Source of the DNA: Euglena gracilis
Taxonomy: Eukaryota
Direction: 5' to 3'
Assembly: GCA_039621445.1 (NCBI GenBank)
Contig: CP154954.1
Coordinates: forward strand, 18,010,589-18,074,588
Length of the DNA: 64,000 bases
Shown: positions 1 to 13,000 of the stretch, in pieces
Numbering within the stretch: position 1 is the first letter of the stretch
Layout of the letters: every line of letters begins with the position of its first letter
Notes under the pieces: generated by a model
Told to the model about the DNA's origin: nothing
Seen by the model: the letters and a program-made list of their open reading frames with translations, nothing else
The model's database searches: none
Translations under genes and position numbers: made by a program

Positions 1-1029
1 TTTTTTTTTTGGTCTGCAATGCTTCTGGATGAATTGCATTGCACTACTCGGGCTACTCGGGGGTGGGTTATTCTACCAAACACAAACAAACTGCAAGTGT
101 CAACTTCAGCCCATGTGGCCAAGCTGGGGCATTTGATTGTGCCCCAGGATTCGGTACAAGGAGGGTGTCACGGCTTAGGGTGGGGGTCGCTGAGCTCTTA
201 TCTCTTTTTGAGTAAGGGCGAAGCTTTCCTCCGGGGGAAAAGGGAGGAGGGTTGAACCCCCTCCCAACCCTGGGTAGGTAATGAAAACCAGTGTATTATC
301 ACCATGACCCTGGACTCGTTCCCGGTATTTTCCCCCCACCCGTGAGCGACTGGATCTTGGCTTCCCAAATGACCTCCGTTGAACCCCCAACTCCCCGCCA
401 GGTCCAAGTCATTCAGCCAAGGGGAGATAAGCCCAAGGTGAGATTTTCCGTCAGAAAAATCGATTTTCCAAAAATATCTCGAGAAAGCGTACATTACAGT
501 GTGCCAAAAAAGTTTTTATACCCTAAAGCCAAAAAAGTTTTTATATCCCTCAGACGAAAAAAATAAAAAATGATTTTTTCTTTGGTTAAACATATGCCTT
601 GTGCCATGGGTTGGGGGGCCACAATGGGTGATGGGCAGAGCAAGGTGGCGCCTGCACCATATGCTGCACGCTCCTAAAGGCTGTTCAGTAGCGTGTGTGA
701 CCTACTTTGGCCGCCAGCACGGCATGCATGTGGGCAGGCAGGCTTTTGTACAGTTTCAAAACGGAGTCCTGGGGTATCCCCAGGAATGCTTGCCGTATGG
801 CCTCCCAAAAGGAGGTTTCGTTGCTGTACGCCCGCTGACCCAGCCTGCTAACCACTTGCGGCCGAAGGTTTTCAGTCAGTCTTCTGGTGCACGTGGCGGT
901 TGTTGGTGGTGGGCAGCCCGGGGAAGTGGGGGGGGGGTGGCTGAGCGTATGAGCCAGACCTGACCGGAGCTACAGCAACAAAACTGCTGGAAATACGTCC
1001 CTTGAGCAGTTGTATTCACACGCGCGCGC

Positions 1030-1180
1030 ACACACACCCACACCCACACCCACACCCACACCCACACCCACACCCACACCCACACCCACACCCACACCCA
1101 CACCCACACCCACACCCACACCCACACCCACACCCACACCCACACCCACACCCACACCCACACCCACACCCAAACCCACA
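1030..1180. repeat. (CACACC)n microsatellite in the left TIR
   Basis: Hexamer tandem array seen directly. Confidence 0.97.
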
Positions 1181-1357
1181 AACATGTGTGAAGCCGATTT
1201 CAGGAAAAGAATGCCCGTGCAGGTCGGAGCCCCTCTCCACGACCACATTTTCCGGGCCAAATTGGCCAAATCCTGCCTTTCACCAAATATCCCCAATGAC
1301 CAAACTGGCCAATCTCCCCCCACCCTGCCCTGGGCAGGGTTCAGCCAGAAGACTGCA

Positions 1358-1592
1358 CCTTTTCAAGGAATTTTGAGCGACTCCCTCCATTTCATCCATC
1401 CTCGGTGTGCCCATCCTGTTCGCCGGTAGATTTCAAATTCTGCTCTTCGGGGCTAGCAAATACCAATTCCAACAAGATGGGGCACCGGTGCACAAAAGCA
1501 GGTCGACACAGGACTGGCTGAACGACAAGGGTGCCAGGTTGTTCAACGACGGGGCCTGGCCACCAACCTCACCTGACCTGAATGTTATTGAA
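1358..1592 (+). pseudogene. Tc1/IS630-like DDE transposase fragment (D37E spacing)
   Basis: ORF 1407..1670 contains QQDGAPVH and WPPTSPDLNVIE, with 37 residues between the second D and the E. In-frame TAG upstream. Confidence 0.88.
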
Positions 1593-1768
1593 TGCAGTCT
1601 TCTGGCTGAACCCTGCCCAGGGCAGGGTGGGGGGAGATTGGCCAGTTTGGTCATTGGGGATATTTGGTGAAAGGCAGGATTTGGCCAATTTGGCCCGGAA
1701 AATGTGGTCGTGGAGAGGGGCTCCGACCTGCATGGGCATTCTTTTCCTGAAATCGGCTTCACACATGT

Positions 1769-1971
1769 TTGTGGGTGTGGGTGGGTGTGAGTGGGGAGGT
1801 GGGTGTGGGTGTGGGTGTGGGTGTGGGTGTGGGTGTGGGTGTGGGTGTGGGTGTGGGTGTGGGTGTGGGTGTGGGTGTGGGTGTGGGTGTGGGTGTGGGT
1901 GTGGGTGTGGGTGTGGGTGTGGGTGTGGGTGTGGGTGTGGGTGTGGGGGTGTGTGTGTGTGTGTGTGTGTG
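1769..1971. repeat. (GGTGTG)n microsatellite in the right TIR
   Basis: Mirror of the left-arm array, with a different length. Confidence 0.97.
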
Positions 1972-2870
1972 AATACAACTGCTCAAGGGACGTATTTCCA
2001 GCAGTTTTGTTGCTGTAGCTCCGGTCAGGTCTGGCTCATACGCTCAGCCACCCCCCCCCCACTTCCCCGGGCTGCCCACCACCAACAACCGCCACGTGCA
2101 CCAGAAGACTGACTGAAAACCTTCGGCCGCAAGTGGTTAGCAGGCTGGGTCAGCGGGCGTACAGCAACGAAACCTCCTTTTGGGAGGCCATACGGCAAGC
2201 ATTCCTGGGGATACCCCAGGACTCCGTTTTGAAACTGTACAAAAGCCTGCCTGCCCACATGCATGCCGTGCTGGCGGCCAAAGGAGGTCACACACGCTAC
2301 TGAACAGCCTTTAGGAGCGTGCAGCATATGTTGCAGGCGCCACCTTGCTCTGCCCATCACCCATTGTGGCCCCCCAACCCATGGCACAAGGCATATGTTT
2401 AACCAAAGAAAAAATCATTTTTATTTTTTCGTCTGAGGGGTATAAAAACTTTTTTGGCTTTAGGGTATAAAAACTTTTTTGGCACACTGTATTTCTGAAA
2501 GTGTCTGCCAGACTAAGTGTCCCTCTGGAGACCCTCTATCGCCCCCTTTGTACGCTGTTTTGGCCGCCAATACGCAAGGCCTGTTGTGTGGGACAGGGGT
2601 ACATGCACCATAACCACACCCCATGGGCTGGAAGAGGCTTTGGAGCTGGGGGTTGGGTACCACCCACAACAAAATTTGGGGGTGTTAAAATAATTCATGC
2701 CCCTATTATACAAATATATGTATTATTTCAAATATTATTACAAAATATATGCGCACACATGTATATGTATAATATATATATATATATGATATACACATAA
2801 TTAATGCCCCTACTGCCCATCAAGAACTTGATTTTTGACCCCCAAAAGCAGCCCCCCCCCCAAAAACCTC

Positions 2871-2990
2871 GCAGGTGGAGAGGGCAGTGGCAGTGCAGGG
2901 AAGGTGACCATTTCGGGCAATTTTGGGCTTTTTCGGCCATTTTTTTTTTGCCCAAAATGGTCACCTTCCCCAAGTGCCCTCTCCGCCTGC
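2871..2990. repeat. Inverted repeat / MITE-like hairpin
   Basis: GCAGGTGGAGAGGGCA...GGGAAGGTGACCATTT pairs with AAATGGTCACCTTCCC...TGCCCTCTCCGCCTGC. Confidence 0.65.
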
Positions 2991-4013
2991 ATTGACAGGG
3001 GTTACCATCATGCGTTGTCCAAAGGTGGGTCCAAGGCTACCCACCCCAGTATGCAGCAGAGCTGGCTGGGGCACTGATGCGTGGGGCAGGGGCGTGCCAG
3101 TGTGCATACACCATCACCATACCCGATAGAGGCTTTGAGGCTGGGGGTTGCGCACCACCCACAAGATTTGGGAGTGTACAAATAATTAATGTCCCCATGG
3201 CATCTCGAAAATGCAACAAAAATCAAACTAAATGTCCGGCAACAAAAAAGCTGAAGCCCTTTGAATGTCCCTCCAACATTTTTGGCCTTTATGCCCAGTT
3301 TTGGCATTTGCGGGGTTTTGGGTTGGTTTTTGGGTTCAGAAAATGGATGCTTTCAAAATGTCTCGAAATGAAGCAAAATCAAAGGAAGTGTCCGTTGGCA
3401 TAAAACAATGGCCTTTGGAACGGCCAATCTGATGGCTTTTTGATTTCCTTGGTACTCTGTGGCCAGCCCGAGATATTGCCATTTTTAATGCACACTTGGC
3501 CTTTTCTTGAACGACATTTTCAAAATATACCCAAAATGGTGGACAATCAAAGGACATCCCTGAGGATCTAAAATCCAGCCCTTGGGACCCTCCATCACCC
3601 GGGATAGCCCCAGGGCCAGCCGTGCGCCTGGCCCCAACTTCCCCTAATAAGCCCTATCTCATGGCATTTTGGTTCCCCGCAACTGAACTGGGCGCCAGAT
3701 CAGAAGGCAGGCTGCCGGGCCGGGCTGGGCTGGGACACCGGGCCATGGGGCTGCCGGACTGCCGGCGGACCACTGGTCCGCCAGCAGCCACATGCCTCAG
3801 ACATTTGCTACCTGGCACCATCAGACAGGTGAAGGGCTCAACACAAAACCTGGTGACCCTCCCCTCACCGCAGGTGGGAGCACTGGACCAGAAGGGGGGG
3901 TCCGACCCCCCACCTGCCTTTACACTGAAAGCTCAGAGTCTACTCTGCCGGCTGATGGAAGAGAGTCCATCCCCAAGCCCTGGGGGAGGCAGCTGCCGTT
4001 CCTCAGCCCGCAG

Positions 4014-4098
4014 GAGCACGTCCACCCGGTGTTCGGAGCGTGGACCTGCCAGATGTTCCGCTCCATCGACAGCTTCAGCGTCGATCTGCCAGGGCGAG
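4014..4098 (+). CDS. PLD: PLD exon ([28 protein letters not shown])
   Basis: FRSID motif. CAG acceptor (alternatives upstream) and GT donor. Confidence 0.85.
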
Positions 4099-7000
4099 GT
4101 GTGAGGGGGTCCTCCATCCCTCCAACCTGGCCGGGCGGGTATGCACTCTTCATGGGTTCACGCATCTGACTTCCCTTGGTGAAGCATGCTCTTTTGTTTC
4201 AGGCCAATCTGTTAATTTATGGTGAGGTTGTAGGCCCGATTCCAGTCCCCTTTCCCATCACCCACACACCCACACAATCTTCTTCTGGTTGTGGCTTGTA
4301 TGTAGTCCCTGGAGACTTTACTTCACACCCTGGGTTTGGTGAAATTGTCGCTGCCAAAATTTCTTGGCACAGACGTTGTATTTTTCAAGGAATAATTCTC
4401 AGGGTGGCAAGATGGCAATCCCCAGGCCATGTTCAGGTTTGATATAAGGCCAAATGTGGGGCTCCCAAACCCTCCCTCCCAAAATGAGGCCCCCCCAAAT
4501 GGAACAGGTGAGATGTCGGTCAATGTGCACAGATGCAAAAAGGCATGGCCATTCTTTGTTGCAAATGAATAAATGAATGTGAACCCCCCCCTCTTCCAAT
4601 GACGTCTGTCTAGTTAGTTTGTTACCATTTATCACAACACAAATATCCATTCAACCCATGCACAATGAATGACCCCCATCCAGGCCGTCTAGATGGTCGC
4701 TGTGGCGTTCATTGGGCTTGGGGGAATGAATGAATGAATGAATGAGTTGTACAACGATATGGCGCATCATATAATGATAAGGCATGAGGCTTAAAACATT
4801 TGCTGGAAACATCCACTCTTTTTGGTGTGCATTGCATCCTTCTATTTTTTCACCCATTTTTATTGCACAATGTTCAGGATTGTAAACTGGATTTGGACAC
4901 TCACCGGCTATTTGGCAAAGAATTGATCATTTTCAGGGGAGCTTAAATCGCGAGCGTTCATGGGATGAGGGTACATCATATTCCATCAAAATAACCCCAC
5001 ACCATAAAGCTGCAGGCACAAGGTAAAAACCCGGACGCACCACATACGCCAGCCACGGCCGTAGGGGTGGAGCGCAGCATCTACCAGGCCTACCTGCACC
5101 AGATCCGCCGGGCAGAGGACTTCATCTACATCGAGAACCAAAGCCATGCGATCGCATGGAAGCACCTCCTGCATAGAACGGCCAAACGTCCCAGCGTTGA
5201 GGAGGGAGCTGCGGCTTGCTGTTTTTTTTTGCTGCTGCCGATTGCGCTGTCCACGGTATTGGCTTCGCTGCTGCCCACGGTTCTGATGCTGGTGGATTCG
5301 AGTGACGGTGGGCATCGTGTCGATTGGTGTTGGCCTGTCGCTGCCGCTGCCGTGGTTGTCGCGTGGCCCGGGCAGCGATCGCCTGCCTGGTACTTCCTGG
5401 GCTCCAGCCAGGAGTGGGAGGGCTTTGATGAGAAGCGTGACAACGTGGAGTGCAAGCACCGGTAGGTGCCCTGCTAACCCAACAGTCATTTTCATGGGCC
5501 GAAGTGTTATTTGTGCCTGGTGCATCATATAGAAAAGCGCCAGTTGTAACTCTCGGCGATCCCCCCAAATTTGGGCCCTCCTCATTTCGCTTAACCCCCC
5601 TGAATAATTATCCCCCCCCCCTGAAAAATAGCCCCCCCCCCCAAATGGCCCCCTCCAGCGATTTTACATAAAAATCCGAATAATACCCCCCCCCCCATGG
5701 ATGCCTTGAGCTTGAACGTTGTGACTGTTTTGCCACCTGGACACACAAAACTGCCAATTTTTTCTGAAACATTTTTTTGCGCAAAAAACAACCATTTTGA
5801 CAGGAGGGTCCTAAAAGGTCATTTTTGGGGAAAATGGCCATTTTGAGAGCATTTTGCAGGGGGCTCATTTTCCGACGCAAAAATCCAAAAAAGAGCCCCC
5901 CCCCCCGAGGTTTTAACCGAATGTCCGAATAATAGCCCCATGGCGCTATTATCCGGGGGGGTTTAACTGGGGTTTAACAGACGAGCGGTTTAACAGACAG
6001 ACAAGAAGCCTTAAAGTTAGTAAGCAAGCCTTAGTTGCCCCTTAGTGCAACTAAGGGGGACTACGCATGCCGTGGGGCCACGTGCTCACGTGGCAGCCAG
6101 AAGCGGTGGCCACACACTATTTGTGACAATTTTGGGTGGTGTGGGACAGTGGTGGGAACGTCGCCAAAGCGAGGGTGCCCAAGGCCCTGAAAAGCCGTCG
6201 CTTTGGTGTCCGGGGCCCCAGAGGGTCTTGACTAGCCCACCCGGGTACCCCTGGTGGCCTTGAACAACCCGGCCCACCCCTGTGGCTGGAAGGAAAAATG
6301 GGGGGAGCGAGGACAAGAGGAACCCCCATGGAGACCAGCAGCTGAAAACGCGACTCCAATTCCTCTGTAGGGGGGCATGGCGCTTCGTGCAACCGCCCGG
6401 GGGATATGGCAGGGGGCCCTTTGGGCTTGCCGGCGCAATGGGACCCCTAGGACTCGTAGCACCCTCGAGCAACCCAACCCCAAAGGGGAAGCCAGCAGAG
6501 AGGAACCCACCTGTGAGGCAGCGGACCGCCCAACCCAACCGCAGACAGGGCATGGAGCATGGGTACCAGTATATAAGGGAACTACTGGTGCCTAGCAGCA
6601 GACCACCCACCCGCCACCTCCCCAACGCCGAGACTGGTGACCCGGGTTTACCGAAGCCGCGGGACCGTGAGGCCACATTGGAGTTTTTCAAGTCATGGAG
6701 TTGTGCCTGCACCATGCATCCCCCACACAAAGGTGGGAAGAGGGCAGGAGGCAAAAGCAGCACTGGGGTGCAAGGGTGCAGACCCACACATTGACCACAC
6801 AACGTGAGTGTATGTCCCTACAGAGTTGTTCACCCGACCAGGGGGAGCACCACAAGAGCACTGGTGCAAGGGTCCCTGGCCATTCACCACACAGCAAACT
6901 GGGCCAGAGGCGAAGTTAGCGCCGGCCATAAACAGACAACTAAGTGCAACTAAGGGGGGTTTGACTGGGGGGGGGGGAGGTAGGCTGCAAGTTTATGCCA

Positions 7001-10000
7001 TTTGTTCCATCAAAATATATTTCATTCCGTGTATCTTTATCTGCGCATCACCACATTCCTTTTTTCGGAAAATATTTCTGTTATTCTTGCCCATCATCCA
7101 ACCATATTCTGGCATTGGGGTTTTCAAATATTTGACCAGTCCGCCATGCTGAATGCATTTCGTGCTGTGCCAGGGAATGCCTGCAATCGCTTCATCAACG
7201 TTTTCACACCCTTTTTACTTCCATCGATGACAATGTCCCCCCGTCCACAGCATCCCGGCAGAGCTGGTGGCAAAGATCGTTTCGAAGATTCACGCAGGGC
7301 AACGCTTTGCCGTGTACGTTGTCCTTCCGATGCACCCGGAAGGTTCGGCTCCCCAAGTGTTTCTAGACTGCTGAAGAGGAGGGGGGTTACAGTTGAATGG
7401 CTATTCATTGCCATCTGTGGCCCAAGTGTTCTTGAGGGATCTCGAATCTCACGGATCAGCTTGTTTTCAACACAAGTTCCAATACAAGTAACCCAAGTGA
7501 GGGATAGCAAAAGCAACGAACACCTTGCCAGGCGGGAGACTCGGTGCATGAGCAGCCCCTTTCCTGCTGGGAGGCAATATTCAGGGATCCAGGGAATCAG
7601 AGGTGATAGTGGTGTTTGTCGGATTGTTTTTTTTGGCTTTCGGTTTTGGAGAATGTTGCCATTTTTTCGCCTGTGTGCGTCATGTGTGTGTTTTCAGGGA
7701 CTTTTTGTGCAAGGTTTTTTGCGGAGTTTTGTTGTGAAGCAGGGCGTAGCTTAAGAAAATTTGACCCCCCAGGGGTGGGGTCCAGCTGGAAAATTTGGGC
7801 TGGCTGGATAAAGGCTGCTGGCTGACCCCCCTCCACCCATAGGGGTCCCGGGCCGGAGCTTGGCCCGACCCGGGTCGAACTGGGTTACCAAAAAAAATCC
7901 AAATTGCAAAAAAATGTCCAAAAAACTGTCAATTATGGGAAAATCAAAATTTTGACCTCAAATTTGCCCTGGCCAGCCCTTTTCCGACACATTTTTTGGC
8001 CCATTTTTTGCACCCCTGAAAGCAAAAATCCATTACTGTCCAGCCGCCCAAAGGGAGGCTGGAAATAAATAGAACTCGTTAGGGGGGGGTCCCGAGCTGG
8101 AAAAAGGTTGCTGGCTGGAAAAAGGTTGCTGGCTGGCTGGACCCCCAGGGTCGTTAAAAAGCACCCTGTTGTGAAGTGAATTTGACTCCGCCAATCTTTG
8201 CATTTGGGCAGCCCTTTGATTCACGCAGCAGGCACTGCCCCCAATCTAAAAATTTATAAGAATATGATAATATGGAATATATATAATTTATATATTACAA
8301 AATATATATTATATGCAGTATATATATATATCACATATAATATATATTATATATTTAGCACAATATATATATATATATATATATTATAATAAAACAAAGT
8401 ATATTATAATAAAACAATGTATATATTTAACACAATTTTTTTTCCTTTATGAATATAGATATAACGTATATATGTATACATAAATGTATACATATATATT
8501 ATGTCGATGAATTGCCCCCCCCCCCCCCCCCGTCCTTGGCCTGATCTCGTCGCCCCCCCCCCCAGGCATCCCCGAGGAGGCTGCAGTGCAGGCCATCCTG
8601 CAGTGGCAGTACAAGACCGTGTCGTTCATGTACCGCCGCATCGCTGCGGCCCTGCAACAGTGTGGCCCCCCGGTGTGTCCGCCACCCCCTCCGATGCTGC
8701 ATTCATCGGGTGCTGTTTGAATCCCCTCGAACACAACCCGTGTCCTGATTGCCCAAGCAAAGAAACAAGGAGAACCTCCCCAAAGTAAAGTAAAGGAGAA
8801 GTAAACAAGTGAAGGAGAACCTGACCCCCAAGGTGAACTTTCCAACCTGGAGCTTTTTTTTGAAAATCGCTAAACTGTCCAATTTCAGGCACAAAAAATT
8901 GAAATTATGATTTCTTTTATGATGAAGAATGATGTTGAATCTCAATGGGTACCAATTTATGTGTGGCGAGAAGCAACAAAAGCGCTTTTTTTGCGGTGGG
9001 GTTGGTCAACAAAGACACAACGAGGTCACTCCAAAAAAAGACTGGATGTTTCCAAAAATAGTTTCAAAAATAAGATGTGGGGCTTATTATTACATTTTAA
9101 TTCATTTTATTAATCATCTATTGTTTGTTTCTCTTTTTTTTTTTTTTTTTTTTTTTTGTTTTTTTTCTTTTTTTTTTTTTTTTTTTTGTTTTTTCTTCTT
9201 TTTTTGGTTTTTTTTTTCAGCAGCACCCAGCTGGTTTTCACCAATCACCAAAGCAGCCCTGCAATTCTGCAGCCGTGACAGATGCCTCTATTAATTTTGA
9301 TTTCAAGTTGTTTCCTTTCCTTGTTGTTTCTGCATCGAAGGATGACCAGGGTTTGATATAAGGACAGCGTCCCCCTTAACCTGCCAAAGGGTTGCAAAAA
9401 AAGTGACCAAAGTCATTTTGGGGGGCTCATTCGGTGGGGACAATTTTTTTGGATAGTGCTTGGAGCCAGGCTGAAAATCGGTCGCTTTGGCCATGCCTCA
9501 GTTCAGTCAGGGGCATTTCAAATAGTAAGAGCGAACTCACACTTTCATGCTTGCTCTTATATTTCGCTCTTACTAAACTGGCCTTGGTTTTGCACAGCGC
9601 GCTGCAGCAGAGCTGGTTGGGGCACTCTGTGTGGCTGTGTATGCACACACACGACCACCAAAGCCCATGGGCTGGCGGAGGTTTTGGGGCTTGGGTTTGG
9701 TGCCGCCCACAAAATTTCGGGGTGTACAGTTCATCGATGCTTTTACCGCAGGCATTGTTTTGAAATTAGACCTGCAGTTTTGGGGCATTGTTTGACATTA
9801 CACCCGCACTTTCGGGGACAATCTTCTTGACTCACGTTTCGGGTTTCAGGACGCACGACCCTAGGGCAGAACGGGAATCGGCCAAACAGCCAGGGTGGGG
9901 GGGTGGGGGGGTCGACCCCCCCCCACCTCCTCCTGTTTCGGGGAGCACCAATTTTCGACCCCCAAAATTTTTTCCCGGCGCATTCGGCGCCGGGTGGATT

Positions 10001-13000
10001 TGTTAAAAAAAAATCCGTGAAAATGCTGTGGTGGTGTGGGGGGGTCGACCCCCCCCACCAGGCCTTCCCGTTCTGCCCTAGGCGACCCCAAACACACACG
10101 CTGCACGCTGGGCCCCCACAGGGAGCGCTGCCCACGGACTACCTCAGCTTCTTCTTCCTCGGGCAGCGTGAGCCGGGGCCGGGGCCGGGCCCGGCGGCGG
10201 CGAACCTCCGCGAGTGGCGGCAGGCGGAGCAGCTGTTCTCCCGCCGGCAGATGATCTACGTCCACAGGTGAGTCCGGATTTTGTCGGCAGGTGGGTGTGT
10301 AGCGCGGCAAGTTGATCCCCCCCCCCACACAGGACTCCCCCAAAGCATTGTAGAAAATGCCTGAGGTGCCAAAAGGTGAAAGGGTGCAACCCCCTCAAAT
10401 ACCCGTCGGCCACCTACAGGGAGGGGGAAATTTGGAGATGTGTAAAATACAGCTGGAACAGGGTGCCAGAACGATGCCCGACTGCCATTTTTTCCCCCCA
10501 TAGTTGTGGTCCAGCAAAAATTCCCCATTTTCTGATTTTTTTTTGCAATTTTCTGTGACGGTGATGAAATGGTGCCAATCTGTGGGTGATGCCTAATTTG
10601 AGACCTGAAAATTGAGATTTTTCGGTTGGTTTCTCCTCCGATTTTGATCATAATATCCTAATTTGACAGACATGACATCTTGTTTCTGTCCCCACAAATC
10701 TCAAATCTCCAAATTCCTGTGCATTTGGGAATCCCACCAAATTTTTTTGAGGCTGCCAAATGTTTTTTTTTACTGTTTTAGCTGAGACCACCAATTTTTT
10801 CCTCAGGTCCAATTATTAGCCCAGCTCGAATGTCTTGGTTTCTTCTTCGTGTAATGCAGGTTGGGTGTTATTTGTGGGGTATCTCGATGAAGCAGCAGTT
10901 TTTCCGAAACGACAATTAATCCTCCATGTGGGTGTCGGATGCGCATTTGTATCGTGTGTTCCAGGCCAGGCTTCTTTTTTAAGGAAGTGCAGCCCCCCCC
11001 CCCCCCCAGGGTGTGTGCTGTGGGCAGGCAGGGGGTAGGGATTTTCGACCCCCTGAGGGGGGGGTAGGGTGCTGGGATGGGTAGTGCTAGAGCACACCCC
11101 CGGTGCCTTCAGTGCCGGGGTCCCAAAAATTGCCCTTTTCAAGCGATAATTTGTTTTGTCTGCAGGTACCGGGGTCCAAAACCGACCCCCCTGGGGGGGT
11201 GTGCCTGCTATGGGCAGGCACACGTGCTATGCACAGGGCACCCCCCTCCCCCCGGGGTTGGTAAAAAGAAACCTGTTCTAGGCACATCCGTGGTACATGT
11301 CATCCATGCTTTTCGGAGGTGCCTTTTGGCTCGAAACCCCCGCAGCTGTCCCTCCGATGTCCTGCAGCAAATTAATGGTTGTAGATGATGAGTACGTCCT
11401 GCTGGGCAGCGCCAACATCAACGAACGGTCAATGGCAGGTTGCGTGTCGTTGCGATACGGCATATACCCTCCGGTCCCTTTGTCTTCGTCTATTCTATCT
11501 ATATCTATGTCTATATCTATATCTATATCTATATCTATATCTATATCTATATCTATATCTATATCTATATCTATATCTATATCTATATCTATATCTATAT
11601 CTATATCTATATGTGTATATATATGTATATATATGTATATATATACATATAGATACATATATGTATATATACATAGAGATATATATACATATATATATAT
11701 ATCTTTTGTATTCTTGAAATGACAAGAAAAGGTGGAAATGACAAGCAAATGCTGAGCATCGGAGTGCGCATCCCCCAAGGGCCGGAACTTGGTCCCTCAA
11801 AAGTACGCACCTGCACCTGCATTGACCCTCAGGCTTCTTATGAGGAAGGTCGGTACCCCAGCATGCAATTTTTTACTGACCCGGGGGGGGGGAGGGGGGT
11901 CACTCCACTCTTCGAAAAACCAGTCAGCCATTTTTTTTTTGGGAAACCAGTCAGTCCCCCCCCTGGGGGGATTGGCCACTCAGGAAAACCGGCCACTTTC
12001 CAGTCACTTTAGGCCAAAAAATTTTTCCCGGCGCCTTTGGTGCCGGGGTCAACCAATCCACTTTTGCCAACCCCTGGCTGACCCCCCCGGGGGAGGGGGG
12101 GGAGGGGGTCCAGGCCAAAACCAGTCAGTCACCCCCTGGGGGGGTCGGCCAGTGACTAAGTGATTGTATGCCCCCCAGGGCGGCGGGCTCGGCTCTTGGA
12201 CAGGGGATTTTGCTTTGGGCGGCCCAAATATGGCACCCGGGGGGTTCGGTTTTGAGTCCCGGTATGGCCCGACCCAGACATATTTTCTTGAAAATGGTCA
12301 TTTCGGGTCCCCGGCACCAAAGATACCGAGGAATGTGCTTCAGCCGTCCTCAAAACCCGTCCCCCGTCCCGGCTGCCACCGGCCTCTTTCCCTGCGCTGC
12401 CAAGGTTATTGGTCTTATCCCTCTGCCAATCCAAAAGTTGCCAGGGAGATACCTTATTGACCCAGGGGGCGGTTGGCAGGGGAAGCAAGTGGAAAAATTT
12501 TCCACTAAAAAAAAGTTGAAAAAATTTCCCACCGGCGGGCACAAAGGACAAGAAGAATTTTGACCCCCCAAAAACTTAAAAAAATGCCTGTTTTGGTATT
12601 TTTCTTGGACATTTTCTGGAATGAAAATTCCTTGGGCACTGCACGCCAAAATGAGGGTTCTAACGTGTTTTGGGCTGAAACTCAGCCCAAAACACGTTAG
12701 AACCCTCATTTCGGCGTGCAGCAGTGCCCAAGGAATTTTCTTTCCAGTTAGGTGGACCCTGCCTCCCCCACCCGGGATGGGCGGTGTAGCTGGTAGCTTT
12801 ATTCTGGTGGTTTGCATCTGCCCAACCCCCCCAAATAGTATTGCACTGCAGCATTATTGGACGGCCACCTCAGGCGGCGGGGGGTGCAGCACTATTTGGA
12901 CCGTGCCGTATTATTGGACTGGGTGCCACTTCGTCCCGCCTATTACCACAGGCACCCTTTTTGCCTACTCGATGTCCTTCTCTGAGGCCAGCGAGGTGCA

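Larger units (their letters stand above)
497..2489 (+). mobile_element. Non-autonomous Tc1/mariner-superfamily foldback element with ~860-900 bp TIRs and a central transposase remnant
   Basis: TA|CAGTGTGCC...GGCACACTG|TA termini (TA at 495-496 and 2490-2491). Arms 497-1357 and 1593-2489 are near-perfect reverse complements. The spacer encodes FQQDGAPVH...WPPTSPDLNVIE. Confidence 0.93.

Noticed and set aside
876-2112. Dipeptide-repeat ORFs (WV, PT, HP, GC)
   Set aside because: Artefacts of the (CACACC)n microsatellite.
3704-4013. Possible upstream PLD exon(s) in frame with the 4014 exon
   Set aside because: Open and GC-rich but no recognisable PLD motif, and splice sites are ambiguous.
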